From NCBI RefSeq assembly GCF_004010195.1, contig NC_057751.1, forward strand, positions 15,607,677 through 15,671,676: 64,000 bases of DNA. Direction: 5' to 3'. Positions 1 through 12,356 of the stretch are shown here, piece by piece. The notes beneath the pieces were generated by a model that was not told the DNA's origin, did no database searches, and was given only the letters and a program-made list of their open reading frames with translations. Position numbers and translations under genes: made by a program. Numbering within the stretch: the stretch's first letter is position 1; the number at the start of each line of letters is the position of its first letter. Origin of the DNA: Chiloscyllium plagiosum. Lineage: Eukaryota.

Positions 1-276
1 TAGACCATTTAGGACAGAGATGGGGAGAAACTTCTTCACCCAGAGAGTGGTAGCTGTGTGGAATGCTCTGCCTCAGAGGGCAGTGGAGGCCCAGTGTCTG
101 GATTAATTTAAGAAAGAGTTGGATAGAGCTCTCAAAGATAGTGGAATCAAGGGTTATGGAGATAAGGCAGGAACAGGATACTGATTCGGAATGATCAGCC
201 ATGATCATGTTGAATGGCGGTGCAGGCTTGAAGGGCTGAATGGCCTACTCCTGCACCTATTGTCTATTGTCTATTT
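1..276 (+). mobile_element. CR1-type LINE 3' end
   Basis: NFFTQRVVAVWNALP coding remnant, GAATGGCCTACTCCTGCACCT, and a (CTATTGT)n tail. Confidence 0.85.
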
Positions 277-904
277 TGCATTATGCTTAGAATGACAAGT
301 TTTGACATTTAGTGTAGAATCTATTGGGTGAGTTACATTTTCATAAACGTTGTAGCAACACAAATTGGATATTCTCATGCAACCTCCTATCTCAGCCCAT
401 TTGAAATCCCTGCACCGTTTAATCTTAAATAAGTGCAAGTGCCATTAACCTTGCCAATACTTCAACAGCTAAGCCTGATTCATTAATTCACAGAATAAAC
501 AAATGTATGTGAACGTCATATTTCAGACACTAAGTAACTTGATTCTATTCCGTTCTTTCTGAAGATCTATGCATTTGGTTACCTAGCAGTCAGTTTTCAG
601 CTCTTCCTTTTCACTCACATTGTGCTAACCATCCTTGCCGTGATGTTTTCCCAGAAACTGTGGCAGTGGATGTTGGGGCACATCTTCAAAGTATGCTTTG
701 TGTCAGGTTGAGTTCAGCTCAGTCTAGCATGTCATTTAAGACTGAAAACAAAAACTAATCTTCCCGGGGTCGAACAGATCTCAACGGAAGCCTGCTCCCT
801 CATGCAACAACTTTCTATCATTCGTCTTGTCGGCAGTTTGGCTTGTGGCGTAAGTTAATTCAAGATAATCATTGCTGACTGCTCACACCTCAAGTCCAAC
901 ACAT

Positions 905-1040
905 CAAACAGAAGGGTCACACCAGTCTTGAACCATCAACTCTGTTTTTCGCTCAACAGATGCTGCGAGACTTACTGGGTTTCTCCAGCACGTTCTGGTT
1001 TTATTTCATATTTCCAGCATCTGTCGCCTTTTACTTTTTT
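905..1040 (+). mobile_element. Old Penelope-like terminal fragment
   Basis: AACTCTG...CAGATGCTGCGAGACTTACTGGGTTTCTCCAGCA resembles family B and 46610-46697. Confidence 0.45.
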
Positions 1041-1292
1041 TGTATATATGTGAACCCATCAATTAATTATTGTTATAAGTATACATATTAAACCAATGTT
1101 ATGCACAGTCTAGTGTGAATTTTCAATTCTGCTTTACTGTCCAGAACAACCCTCCAAGGTGTAGCACATAGCGGGGTCTCGTTGTCCATTTCTGTTGAAT
1201 AATTGTGACTGTTCCATTGCCAGGAATCAGAGGTTACTGGTCCTCGAACTGTGAAAGGGCATTAGACAGGGAGCAAGGCAGTAGCTAGGTTG

Positions 1293-1480
1293 AAAGTGTG
1301 GCGCTGGAAAAGCACAGTGAGCCAGACAGTATCCAAGGAGCAGGACAGTCGACAGTTCGGGAATCAGGATGAAGGGCTTATGCCCAAAACATCAACTCTG
1401 CTGCTCCTCGGATGCTGCCTGACCTGCTGTGCATTTCTGGCGCCACATGTTTTAACTCTGACTCCCCAGCACTTTCTTCT
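1293..1480. mobile_element. Penelope-like short inverted-repeat insertion (family B) with 13-bp TSD
   Basis: AGTAGCTAGGTTG at 1280-1292 and 1481-1493. Internal arms are inverted. Decayed hammerhead: GGATGA-A-GGGC-TTAT-GCCC-AAAACATC. Confidence 0.75.
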
Positions 1481-2485
1481 AGTAGCTAGGTTGCTCAACT
1501 TATGCACTTGTGACTCTCGGTACCTCAAATACTACCTGTGAATCTTGCCAGGTTACTGTGTTAAAATGCTGGTCACAGAAGAGAGGAGCTTTTTAAAAGA
1601 AAGTTATAATAAAATCCGAACTATCTGTTGTGTTGGAGATGACTCCACTTCATACAGACAATCAAGCATCCTGGAAATGATGCATCGCCTTATGTGAATG
1701 CCTCACAATCAGGCCATGGCAATTTTCAACCTAAAACTGCAACCCAACACAGATATCGGCTGCGATAAAGTGTGTAAACAACCAAAGTCTGCCTCAAAAA
1801 CATTAGGTAACCAAACTGTGCATAATGCCAGTAACAAAACAGCAAAAGGCAGGCCTCAATTGAGATTTTCTGAATCAAAGGAACGTTGTTTATCAAACTG
1901 CACTTCATAATTAACTGCGCGCAAAAGATTTTGCATGTTTCCAAAAGACAGGTAGTGTGTTAAAGTTCACTCAGGAAGTCCAAATGGCAACACATACTTT
2001 TACATGGTGCTGTTGTTTGGAGTTATGCTGTTTGCATCACAAGGATAGGGATATTTCCCTGCTCTTAGTGTCTGTCATTGATGTCCTCGGCAGGACTCAA
2101 ATCCACAGCTTCTGCTTCAAGTTAGGGGCAGTAAGCACTGCACCATAAAACCCAACAGATAGGAGAAATTGGTATAAGCGATTCAATTTCTTTCTGATCT
2201 ATATGTGTGAATAGCTTCCTGACTTTTAGATTGTACAACAGATGCCCTTGATCATTAAAAAGAAAAGGAACAGACAACTAACTCTGGCACTCACTGCAGT
2301 CTTAAAATTTGAAAACATTTTGTTAAAATGATCAACAAAGAAAATAAAAGTTGGAGCAGAGTATGGAACAAGCAGAGGATGAGTGAGCTTGAGGAGGAGT
2401 AGGTGAAGAGTGGGAGGAAGAACAGAGTCGATGGTGGATTATTTGTGAGCACAAACGATGGAGCTGACTGCAGATTTTAACAGGC

Positions 2486-2607
2486 GAAAGTGAGGACTGC
2501 CGATGCAGGAGATTAGAGCCGAGGGTGTGGTACTGGAGAAGGGTAGCAGGTCAGGCAGCATCCGAGGAGCAGGAGAATCGATGTTTCAGGCAAAAGCCCT
2601 TCATCAG
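2486..2607 (-). mobile_element. Penelope-like terminal fragment (family B) with ~16-bp TSD
   Basis: GCAGATTTTAACAGGC (2470-2485) and GCAGATTTTGACAGGC (2608-2623). One boundary falls right at the hammerhead CUGAUGA. Confidence 0.75.
2580..2607 (-). ncRNA. Near-intact minimal hammerhead core
   Basis: Minus strand reads CUGAUGA-A-GGGC-UUUU-GCCU-GAA-ACAU-C. ACAU looks like CpG-decayed ACGU (compare GAAACGTC at 55410-55417). Confidence 0.5.
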
Positions 2608-3245
2608 GCAGATTTTGACAGGCCACAATCTCTCCAATACAGACAATCTGCATCAAAATGAAGACGTGCTAAACAGGATGGCAGGGTCCCTGAGGGGCAG
2701 GCAGATGAACAGAAGCTGCTGAAATATAAAGCACAGAGCACAGCAAGTTTGGTGGGAGAAAGAATGGCAAGATTCTTGAAACAACTAGAGATTAGAAGAA
2801 CACAGGCATTGAGTGTGAAGAGGATAGAGTGCAGAAAAGGAAATCACCAGGACACCTCACTTACGATATGATGAAAATGCTCAAAACCTCCAGGAGTGCA
2901 CATAAACTTTGAGGACATGACCAAGAAGGTTGATGAGGGCAGAGCAGTGGATGTTATCTACATGGACGTTAGCAAGGCCTTTGACAAGTTCTAATGGTAA
3001 GTTGGTTAGTAAAGTTAGATGACATGGCATTCAGGTGAAAGCTCGCTGATTGGATCCAAAATTGGCTTAATGGTAGAAAACAGAGGGTAATGATAGCGGG
3101 CTGTTATTTGAACCGGAGGCCTGTGACCAGCACTGTTCCACAGAGGTTGGTGCTGTATCCACTGTTGTTTGTCATTTATAGAAAAGGTTTGGATGAGAAA
3201 ATAAGAAGCATGGTTACTAAGTTTGTGGATGACACCAAAATTGTT

Positions 3246-3369
3246 TGGAGATGCCAGTGTTGGACTGGGGTGTACAAAGTTAAAAATCACACAACACCAG
3301 GTTATAGTCCAACAGGTTTAATTGGAAGCACTAGCTTTCGGAGTGTCGCTCCTTCATCAGGTGGCAGTG
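3246..3369 (-). mobile_element. Penelope-like terminal fragment (family A) inserted into a CR1 RT fragment
   Basis: Interrupts the FVDDTKI...DSE region of the LINE. Flanked by ATTGTT (3240-3245 and 3370-3375). Homologous to 58005-58213. Confidence 0.7.
3329..3363 (-). ncRNA. Minimal type I hammerhead ribozyme motif, intact core
   Basis: Minus strand reads CAC-CUGAUGA-A-GGAG-CGACA-CUCC-GAA-AGCU-A-GUG. Helix I is CAC/GUG, helix II is GGAG/CUCC, and palindromic AGCU replaces helix III. Confidence 0.7.
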
Positions 3370-5272
3370 ATTGTTGTGATAGTGCACAGTGAAGACTTGT
3401 TATCTCAGAGTACAACAGGATCTTATCAGCTGGGCCAATGGGCCAAGGAGTGGCAGATGGAGATTAAGGAGGTTGAGAGGTGACTCTATCGAGGTTTATA
3501 AAATCATGAGGGGCACAGACAAGGTGAATAGGAAAGGTTTTTCCCTAGGGTGAGGGAATTCAAAACTAGAGGGAATAGGTTTAAAATGAAAGGGGAAAGA
3601 TTTAAAAGGTACCTGAGGGGCAATGTTTACACACAGAAGGTAGTGCAAATATAGAATGAACTGTCAGAGGAAGTGGTAGATGCAGGTACAGTTGCAATAT
3701 CTAAAAGGCATTTGGGCAGGTACATGAATAGGAAAGGTTCAGAGGCATATGGGACAAACGCAGACAAACTTGACTAGTTCAGTTTGGGAAACCTGGTCAG
3801 CGTAGACAAGTTGGACTGAAGGTTCTGTTTCCGTGCTGCATGACTGTATGACATAAAAGGGGTGAACGGGCAATATTCTAATCACAGAGCTGTTCCATTG
3901 GTGATAAATGTCTGAAAACATGAAATGCCTGCATGGCGATAGACAGATAGGTATTTCTACTGCCTATGGGTCACACAGCATACAAAGGAAGCAGCAGTGA
4001 AGGCCTGTGAAATATCTCCAAGTGAAATTAGAAACTGATTTTTTTTTCAAGTGTGTGGCTCATTCCCTCCTCCTAACATCTTCTGCCCAAGTTCGCTGGC
4101 AATCATTAACTTTGTTTATTAAGGTAAACACAGGGAAACAGGCCTGTTCAAATGAGCTGCAGTTCACATTTGGTAAACCTGATTCCCTTACAAGTGGATT
4201 CTGCAACTAGTGAATCTGATTGCTCTTCACTGGGCACGTCTTAATATCGTAGCTGCAAGGAAGGGAAATTTAATCAACACGTGGCATTTCGTTCTCATGC
4301 TGGGCCTCGCTGTTATAACCAGAGCCAAAGGGGAAAGCAAATCAGCAGCTTTAGCCAACAGGCATTCTAAAATGTGGTGAATTCTGATCAAAGTTAAAGC
4401 GCTAAGAATTAGGAACTTAAAAAAAATTAAATTTGTTGAATCATAAAGATATCTGACTGAGAAAGCTAAATGTAGACAGTGTGGCGATATGGTCATTCAT
4501 CTCTAGGACCTAGGTTTTGACTGGTTGAATGGGAGCCTCCTGTAAAATTAATGTGTGTGCTGAATATTACTTGTCTGGCAGAGTGGAGGGGAATGAGGAG
4601 CTTTCAGGAAACTGAATTTAAGACACTCGATGACTGAGATAAGTGACTCACGTGTTAACTGAGTTAAAAGAGCTCATGGAAAACAAGATTCTCTCAGAGG
4701 GTCATCAGTCTTTGGAATTCTCTCTCCAGGGAGAGGTGGAGGGTGAGTCACTAAACATCTTCAAGGCTGAGTTGGACAGAAGGGGAGTCAAGGATTATGA
4801 AGGCATGACAAAAGAGTAGAACTGAGGCCAGAATCAGAACGGCCAAGAATCTTCTTGATTGTTATGGCAATGCAGACATGATGGAATGAATGGCCTGCTC
4901 TTCATTCATATAATCTCACCACCTAAGGGACAAAGCCATGAAGTAGCAACTCCCACTTCATAATTGCATTGATCTAGTTCACCAGACTGTGCCAAGATTC
5001 AGTTTCAGATTTACTTTCAGAACAAAAGGAGAGCGCAAGTCCACGCTCTCAGCAATACTGGGTGCGAAGGCCACTTACTAAATCTCTCATGTTACGCACC
5101 CCTTTCGGCATTAACCAATTGGTGAACCTTCCATCCAGCATTCTAGAAGGATTCGAATATACTTTTCACAGAAATCACTGCTGTCCACTTGGAATATCAA
5201 TACTTGATAAAAATCTCAATGACACCAGGCAGGCAAGGGATTGACCCACCGGTTAACTATCTATATTAGAGC

Positions 5273-5645
5273 TGGCTCAGTGGTAGCATTCTTTTCTCTG
5301 AAGTAGAATACCATGGGTAGGATTTGGTCACAAAGGCTGATGCTCGACTATGATCCAGAGATGTTAAGCCCACTGTCCGCTCTCACGTGCTTGGAGAAGA
5401 TCCCAGGTCAATACTTCAAAAGAGAGTAAGGCCCAGGGAGTTATCCCTGGCATTCAGCCAATATTGGTTTAAAAATAAAACATAATCTAATCATGATCCT
5501 ATTGTTGTTTGTGGGAGATTGCTGTGCATAAATTAGCCGTCACATTTCAACACTGGCTTCGCTTCAAAAGTTTTTAACTGGCTGCAAAGTATATTGATAT
5601 GTCCAGTGGTTGGAAAAGGTGCAACATAAATGCAAGGCATTTTTC
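5273..5645 (+). mobile_element. Deu-domain SINE (SacSINE1/AmnSINE1-like), diverged
   Basis: Head GGCTCAGTGGTAGCA, body TTGTTTGTGGGAGATTGCTGTGCATAAATTAGC...CTTCAAAAG...TGGCTGCAAAG, end ATAAATGCAAG. Confidence 0.65.
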
Positions 5646-5957
5646 TGAATTAGTTACCGCTCCCAATGCTTGATATTGTTCTTTTGACACTCTCATAAGA
5701 CCTCAGACTTGATTGGTTATGTTGCTGCCTCATGGGCTTGGTTCTAATTCTGTGTATTTACTGACTGCCTCATGATGCACTCTCAGTCTGGTTCAGCACC
5801 TTGGGATATGCAGCATACACTTGATTTGCATTGGAACTTTATTGCTGTGAAGCTGCAATCAGGCAAGAGTAGTGTGGTCACATACAGTGTATTCGTGCCC
5901 ATACACAATCGGGGAAATTGCTGTCATTGTAACTCATTAATCATCTCCTCAAATTGT

Positions 5958-6277
5958 GGGCGGCACGGTGGCACAGTGGTTAGCACTGCTGCCTCACAGC
6001 GCCAGAGACCCGGGTTCAATTCCCGCCTCAGACGACTGACTGTGTGGAGTTTGCACGTTCTCCCCGTGTCTGCGTGGGTTTCCTCCGGGTGCTCCGGTTT
6101 CCTCCCACCATCCAAAGATGTGCAGGGTCAGGTGAATTGGCCATACTAAATTGCCTGTAGTGTTAGGTAAGGGGTAAATGTAGGGGTATGGGTGGGTTTC
6201 GCTTCGGCAGGTCGGTGTGGACTTGTTGGGCCGAAGGGCCTGTTTCCACACTGTAATCTAATCTAAATCTAATCTAA
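5958..6277 (+). mobile_element. HE1-like V-SINE (tRNA-derived), full length
   Basis: tRNA-like head with A/B boxes (TGGCACAGTGG, GGTTCAATTCC), V-domain (TGTGTGGAGTTTGCACGTTCTCCCCGTGTCTGCGTGGG...), LINE-like tail and (AATCT)n end. Confidence 0.9.
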
Positions 6278-8604
6278 ACTGTCTGCACTCCATATGCAGC
6301 TCCTTACCCACCAAATCTTCCCTGTGTTACACAGCTCAAAAAGCTCTCTCCGCACAATAAATCAAGTTTGGAAGGGCACAAGCTGGACTTGTTCAAGTTC
6401 AGGCTAATTCAAGCTCCCCACAGTGAGTACATTATACAGTCCCAGTGTTCCACCACATAGCACTGAACCAAATAATAGTTCCAACAAGTGGATTGGAAGG
6501 GAATGAGCAGCTGATCTTCCTGTCAACCGAAGGCTGCAATGACCATAAAAATACTTTTAGAAGAGGGATTTATTCAGTGAAGCAAAGAAAATCCTCAATT
6601 CGCCTCATACCCCTGCTCACTTGTTCAACCAAACAACTGCAACTCGTCGAATTTTTTTCAAGGTACTGCATCTGGAGTCAAGAGAAGAGAACAGAGCGAT
6701 CACACACCAGATACCTCACATGGGAAATACCGGGTAACTCCATGTGCAACAGCAGAAAAGACTCATTCAGTCAAACACATTTGCTTTGTTCACAAATCCT
6801 GTTACCTGGTGGGCTACCCCAATTTGCAGAATAGTTACAAGGCAGGTGATCCTAACCACCCTCTGCGTTTCCCATGTGACTGTTGCCTCTTTAGCTAATC
6901 ACTATAAATTTGTGCCCTTGGGTTCACGATCCTCTGCTGGCAGGAACAGTTTCTCTGTATATAATCGCTGTATGTTCAGATGCCTCATGATTTTAAATCA
7001 TAGAAGCTACTCTCAATACCTCCCTTCTCCAAAGTAAATTGTTCCTACCTCTTCAAGTTGCTGTCATAACTTACATTCATCATCCCTGGACCCATTCTCA
7101 AGAATCTTTTCCTCCCTCTCTGATGTCTTCGCATTGTTCCTAAAATATCACAGCCAAAACTCATGCACTGCTCAAAGAAAGTAATTGGTTCTTATTCAAA
7201 CTCAACTTTTGCCTGATCATTTTGTTAAGCATAATTCACCATAATTCCCCATAATCTTCGCCTGTTCTGCCCAACCCTTCATTTACAGTGACGGGTGATC
7301 CCGCAATTTGATTCAATGCTGAAACCAGACCCCAAAAATAACCCAAACTGCAAGAAAACAAATCCAAGAGCTTCCACCACTGCTATGCAATTAACTCAGA
7401 CATTGTCATGTGGGAGTGACAGTATGATTATCATTTTGGTGATCATGACAGTGCTCAGATTCTGAGCACCAACTGGACCACAAGGACCCTGCCAGACAGC
7501 CAACAAGGTAAGTAGGACAATAATAAAAAACTCAGTCTGACTTGCTTAATGATATAGCATGGAGGAGGCCATTCAACTCATTGAGTCCAGACTGGCTCTT
7601 CGAGCTGTCCAATAGTCTCCTGGCACCCCTACAAACCTCTCCTCTGTCAATTAGCTCCCTTTCGAAAGTTGCTTTGATTCTGTTTCCAACACCCTTTCAG
7701 GACTGCATTCTAGATCTTAATACGTTGGTGTTTAAAACAAAATTCCTGCTGGATCCAAGCAGATCAACCATGATCCTATTCAATGACTACTCAATGACAA
7801 AGCATGCTCAAGGGTTGGAACAGCCTTCTCCATCTTCTATTTCTTATGGTTCTTTAATAAATCCATGAAAATTTCCTCGTATTTTTCATTAAGGAAAACT
7901 GCGACTAAAGGAACTTGGTTCCTCCTTATCTGGTGCAGTTCTGATCACTCTGTTAAAGAAGCAACTTTGTCCCTTCTTCATAGGCAGCCCTTCTGAACTA
8001 AGGATGACTTGTTCTCACTCCAGTTCGATGGGTTCTGAGTTGGTTGATAAGTCTAGTGTGTGACCTTCAAGTGGGGCAAGTGGTGCTTTGAGGATCGAGT
8101 TGATTTGAAAAGAAGGTTAAAATTTCAAAGTCAGCACACTGCTTGACCAGAAGCTAATGTCAGTCAGCAAGCATAGGAAGTGGATGCACAGGGCTTTGTG
8201 CAAGTTAAGGCATGGACAGGAGAGTTTGGATGGCCTCTCCTTCACGAATGGCAGAATGCAAGAAACCAGCACTCCTGGCAGTTAAATCGTATTAAAAGAA
8301 CATGTTGTGAATGGGGCCTGTGCAGAGCATCAGAAGAAGTCTTAAACATCAAGACTGACAAGGGACTGCCTGAGCCCAGATGCACAACGTGAATGGAAAT
8401 CTGAAGATGGTCAAGGAAAATGAAGAAGTAAAAGCAGGTGGTAAATGCAGAAGAGGGATGCAGGCGGGTAAAAGCAAAATATGACTCACGGAGACTCGAC
8501 TGGGAGCAAAGGCAGGTGTTACAGTCTGGAATAACTGATGCCAAAAGGCCAGCATTCAATTCCTCAGCCTTGCAATGCTACACAGCGTGAAGGGAACATT
8601 TACA

Positions 8605-9030
8605 TTTACACACTGGTGATGCATTTCATTTGTATTTACATCATGTGCTTCATTACTTCAGGATGTCTTTTTAATACTTTACAGCCTATTAAGTGCTTTT
8701 GAAATGTATTCCTTCTTGTAATGCAGAAACTGAAACAGCCAGTACGTGCACAGCAAGCTCACACAATATGATGACTTTGGTCAATGGATAAATATTGGCC
8801 AGGTCACCAGGCTCTCTGCTCTCCTCAGAAAGAGTACCAAAGCCACATTAGCAATCACCTGAGGGGGCAGACATGGCCTCGAATTAACACCTCATCCGAA
8901 AGACACCACTTTCAAAAACTGTCACTCTCCAGTGGAGTGTCAGCCTGAATTATGGGCTGAGGTTTATGGATTGGGCCCAAACCCACCACATCCTGACACA
9001 GAGATGCACTAGTTGCCCACTGAGCCACAT
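8605..9030 (-). mobile_element. Deu-domain SINE, diverged
   Basis: Reversed body: TTTACAGCCTATTAAGTGCTTTTGAAATG...GTGCACAGCAAGCTCACACA. Confidence 0.6.
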
Positions 9031-9609
9031 CTGATGCTTAGCATTAAGATAAGGGAAATGGAGCAAGAATATTACAGAGAACTAATTCTGGGTGAACAAG
9101 ACATTAGTAATGTATCACAAGGTTTAAATCTGTTTGATAATACGGCAAATCAAGGATATTGCTTACAAATATCAAAAATAACAAGCCCTTGCAAGCTAAA
9201 AGGGATCATCATCATTCGGGAACAAACAGTACCTCACTCTAAACTAGATCTTCATAGCACTGATTTTCAAAGACAAACCTTTCTTTCCAACTCAAATTAT
9301 GAAACAACAAAACAATGACCTGTTTTGTGGGTTTTTTTATTCCCAAGAGATCAGAGCATTGACGAGCACTGGCATGATGCAAGTACCTATGAAAGGTGCT
9401 GAAGGAATCCCACAGGCCTGCGCCAACCACGTAGCTGTCTTTCCCAGCAGTAAACCAAACTTGACCAGAAATGACTCCATTTACAACAGTGCCTTACCTC
9501 GAACAATGGCTCTCACTCTAGATTTTTCCATCCCTTCGTATTTTGCACTGCCTCAATCATCTTTTCTTCACTTCCAATTCCTTCCTGAGGTTTGCTCTGA
9601 GAAAACTGA

Positions 9610-10380
9610 TTAATCCCCTTCCCATTTTCATTTTAAAAAGACTTCCCCGGCAATTCTCTCACTGCTCTCAAACTCTCGCCCCATTTTCATTTCTCATTCG
9701 TCTATCCTTATTCTCATCTCTCATGCCCTTTTTACTCCCCCTTCCCTGTTTCCTCATGTGCCCTGCACAACATTCATCCGATCTATCCCCATCTCTTTCT
9801 CTCTCATTCACTACATTCCCATCGCACTCATTTGTTCTCCAGTTCTATCTCCAGTTCTCCAGTTCTGTTGTCTCTGCACTTCTCTCATTCTTACTCTGTT
9901 CCAATCGTACTCTTATTCTCGCCATGTCCCCATCTCGTTCTTATTCTCACTGTCTCCATCTGTGTCTCTCTATCCCATTTCTACAAACTCTCTACCCCAT
10001 CTCTCTTACTGTCTCTCCATCCCATCTGTCTCTCTACTCCATCTCTCTCTCTCTAGCGCATCTCTCTTACTGGCTCCTTACCCCATCTGTCCCCATTCCT
10101 CTTGATTCCCATCTCCCTCAATCTCTTTCTGTCCTCATCCCTCTCCATTCTCATCTCCCTCACTGTCTCCTACTCTCTTTTTCCCCCATCTCTATCCAAA
10201 TCTCCATCTCTCTCTCATCCTGTCCCCATTCTCCTTTTACGATCTCATTCTATTCCTACCCAACTCATTGTCTATCCTCCAACTCTCGCATTCACTCCCT
10301 TCTCCGGTCTTTCTGCTTATGTCTCTCCCCCTCTCTCCGCCACCAAACCCCCCATTCAGATTTCCCGCTCTCTTCCCCAG
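9610..10380. repeat. Pyrimidine-rich (CT) low-complexity tract in intron 1 of the BMP1-like gene
   Basis: About 770 bp very poor in G on +, with recurring CCCCATCT, CTCATTC and TCTCTC motifs. Confidence 0.8.
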
Positions 10381-10857
10381 GCGTCTTAACGTCTGCCGTC
10401 CGCCCAAAACAGTGGCTGGAAACTTGCACAGCCGACGCGGGCAGAGAAACTGACACTTGGGGAGGAAGGATCTGAATGGCACCCGCTCCCCCACCCCCCC
10501 CACTTCTGCACAGCCCGATAATTCCTGTGCCGGCCTGCCTCTACCCCCAACACCCTGATGGAATTTGAACAAGTCGCCCAACATTTCACAGTCGGTGTTT
10601 TATTGTCCGTTCCTCCAACGGTGTGGGGGGGGGGGGAGGAGTGCTGTTTGAAGTATGCACATTTTATGCCAAAACAAAAATCCCACTACTAACTCCTGCA
10701 AAACCTCCTTTTTGCAAAACTTCTCCAAATGTATTCATAAGTTAAGCACCAGTGTTTCACTTGTCTTGGTTGCAAATCTCACTTTACAGATTATTTTTCA
10801 AAAAAAAATCCACGCCTAATTGCTCATTCCAGGACACTGATCGACTTGTAAACTCAC

Positions 10858-10999
10858 CAGCTTTGCAGGGATCTTTATAATCGACATCTGTCGGGTCGTC
10901 TTGGTCGGGAAAATAGTCGTAAAGGGTGTCGTCGTAGTCGAAGGAGCTGGCGACCCGGTGCAGAGTCAAACAGAGAAGTGCAAGTCTGGCTGCAGCCAT
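10858..10999 (-). CDS. BMP1: First coding exon of a BMP1/tolloid-like astacin metalloprotease (signal peptide and start of prodomain); the gene continues beyond the left edge
   Basis: Translation MAAARLALLCLTLHRVASSFDYDDTLYDYFPDQDDPTDVDYKDPCKA, then G|gtgagt phase-1 donor. YKDPCKA at the end of exon 1 is diagnostic of BMP1/TLL1/TLL2. Family call is strong; BMP1 versus TLL1/TLL2 is tentative. Confidence 0.8.
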
Positions 11000-11400
11000 C
11001 ACTGGGGCTTGAGTGCAGGGGACAAGAGAGAGGAGAGAGCGACAGACAGAGACAGAGAGAAAACACACAAAGAATACCGTAGGAAGGGAAATCAGAGGAG
11101 GAAAAAAAGAGCCCAGCGCTTAAGGGAAATCCAGGAGGTGGAGAGTGTGGTCCAGGGGCGGGTCAGCAGCAATGCTCCAGCCCCCTTTTTTTCCTCCCTT
11201 AAAGCTTAAACTGCCATTAATCAGCTGAGAAAGATTTGGAAAGCAAGCCAATCCAACAGAGAAACTCCAACTCGACACAGTAAACGTGTCTCTTGTGTGT
11301 GCGCTGCTGACGAGGAGAGGCAATTTCTCCAAACGGTGTGCTTTCTCTGCTCTCAGATCCCCAAGTTCCTTCTTTATATAATCGTATCGCTCATTCAAAT
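11000..11400 (-). promoter_or_regulatory. Candidate promoter/5'UTR of the BMP1-like gene
   Basis: TATATAAAG on the minus strand at 11380-11372, GC box GGGGCGGG near 11155, CCAAT near 11248, and locally raised CpG. Confidence 0.45.
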
Positions 11401-12356
11401 CTTTCATGACTTCCCACAAAAGAACGTCTCTGCCAAATGCGATAATTTTCCGGTCATCTCACGAAGGATGAGTTTTCTGCTCGAGCCTGTGCTCTCCTCC
11501 CACTGCATCCCAGGCAATTTACATGGAAGTAATGTTTTGCAAAACCTTGTTTGTTTGGCAGATAAACAACAGGGTGACCCAACGATGAGTGGAAGGATGT
11601 GCGCGCGTGAGAGGGTGTAAAGGAGATTTTAATGAGCTGCTTACGAGAACAGTGGGAGAGGAGACTCGAACAATTTCGAAAGGAAACTGAACGGGAATTT
11701 CTGGGGAATAAATTCGCAAGACTGTGGGAAGAGTATGGAGTAAATTGGGACCATATTACGTTGCATCTCAGAGAGCCGGCACAGACTCGATGGGCCAAAT
11801 GGTCTTCTTCCGTGTTCAAATAACTCTATCCCACTGTTACTTCCAGACTTGGCTACTCCAATGCTCTCTTTTGGCTGATCTCTTACCTCCCATCTGCTTG
11901 CCCCCATCATCAATACCCCCAGAACGATGCTGCTTTATGCTAACATGTTTGATCACTGCAATATAGGGAAATGCCTGTCGACATCACCTTGTCCAGCCCC
12001 GACAAGGCTTCCCACCAGTGAACATAGGAGATGGGAGCGAGGGATGGCTCCTCCAATGCAGGAATCAGATTGTGGCTGATCTGACAGCGACCTCAACTCC
12101 GCTGTCCTGCCTGTTCCCCATAACTCTCAACTCCCCTGTAATTCAAAAACCTGTCTCTCTGCCTGGAATGGATTCAGTGGTCCAGCCTGCACTTCTCTCT
12201 GGGGAAGAAAATCCCAAAGATTCACACACCTCTGAGAGAAGAAATTCCTCCTCGGCCCTATCTTGGATGGAAACTCCCATATTCTGAGACTGTCTCAGGT
12301 TGCTGACTCAGGGAAACATTCTCAGTATCCACCCTTCAGGTCCCTTCCAAATCTTA

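Larger units (their letters stand above)
2905..3855 (+). mobile_element. CR1-type LINE fragment (decayed RT and 3' end)
   Basis: VDVIYMD.SKAFDK, VPQ..VL.PLLFVIY, KFVDDTK remnants; tail GTGCTGCATGACTGTATG. Confidence 0.85.

Noticed and set aside
5958..6030. tRNA gene
   Set aside because: The tRNA-like segment is the head of a V-SINE, continuing into the V-domain and LINE-like tail, and recurs in several diverged copies.
9543..10475. 310-aa ORF on + and overlapping shorter ORFs
   Set aside because: It spans the C/T low-complexity tract where stop codons are rare. The product is Ser/Leu/Pro-rich with no domain and has a non-ATG start.
1..10857. Exon 2 of the BMP1/tolloid gene (expected AFLGDIALDEEDL-like)
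   Set aside because: No matching sequence was found by eye or in the ORF track; it probably lies left of the window.
11120..11600. Protein-looking stretches upstream of the BMP1-like exon (WEVMKDLNERYDYIKKELGDLRAEK; KHYFHVNCL, RING-H2-like)
   Set aside because: Short, separated by stops, with no splice structure or further ligand residues. Most likely chance in promoter sequence; a tBLASTx would settle it.
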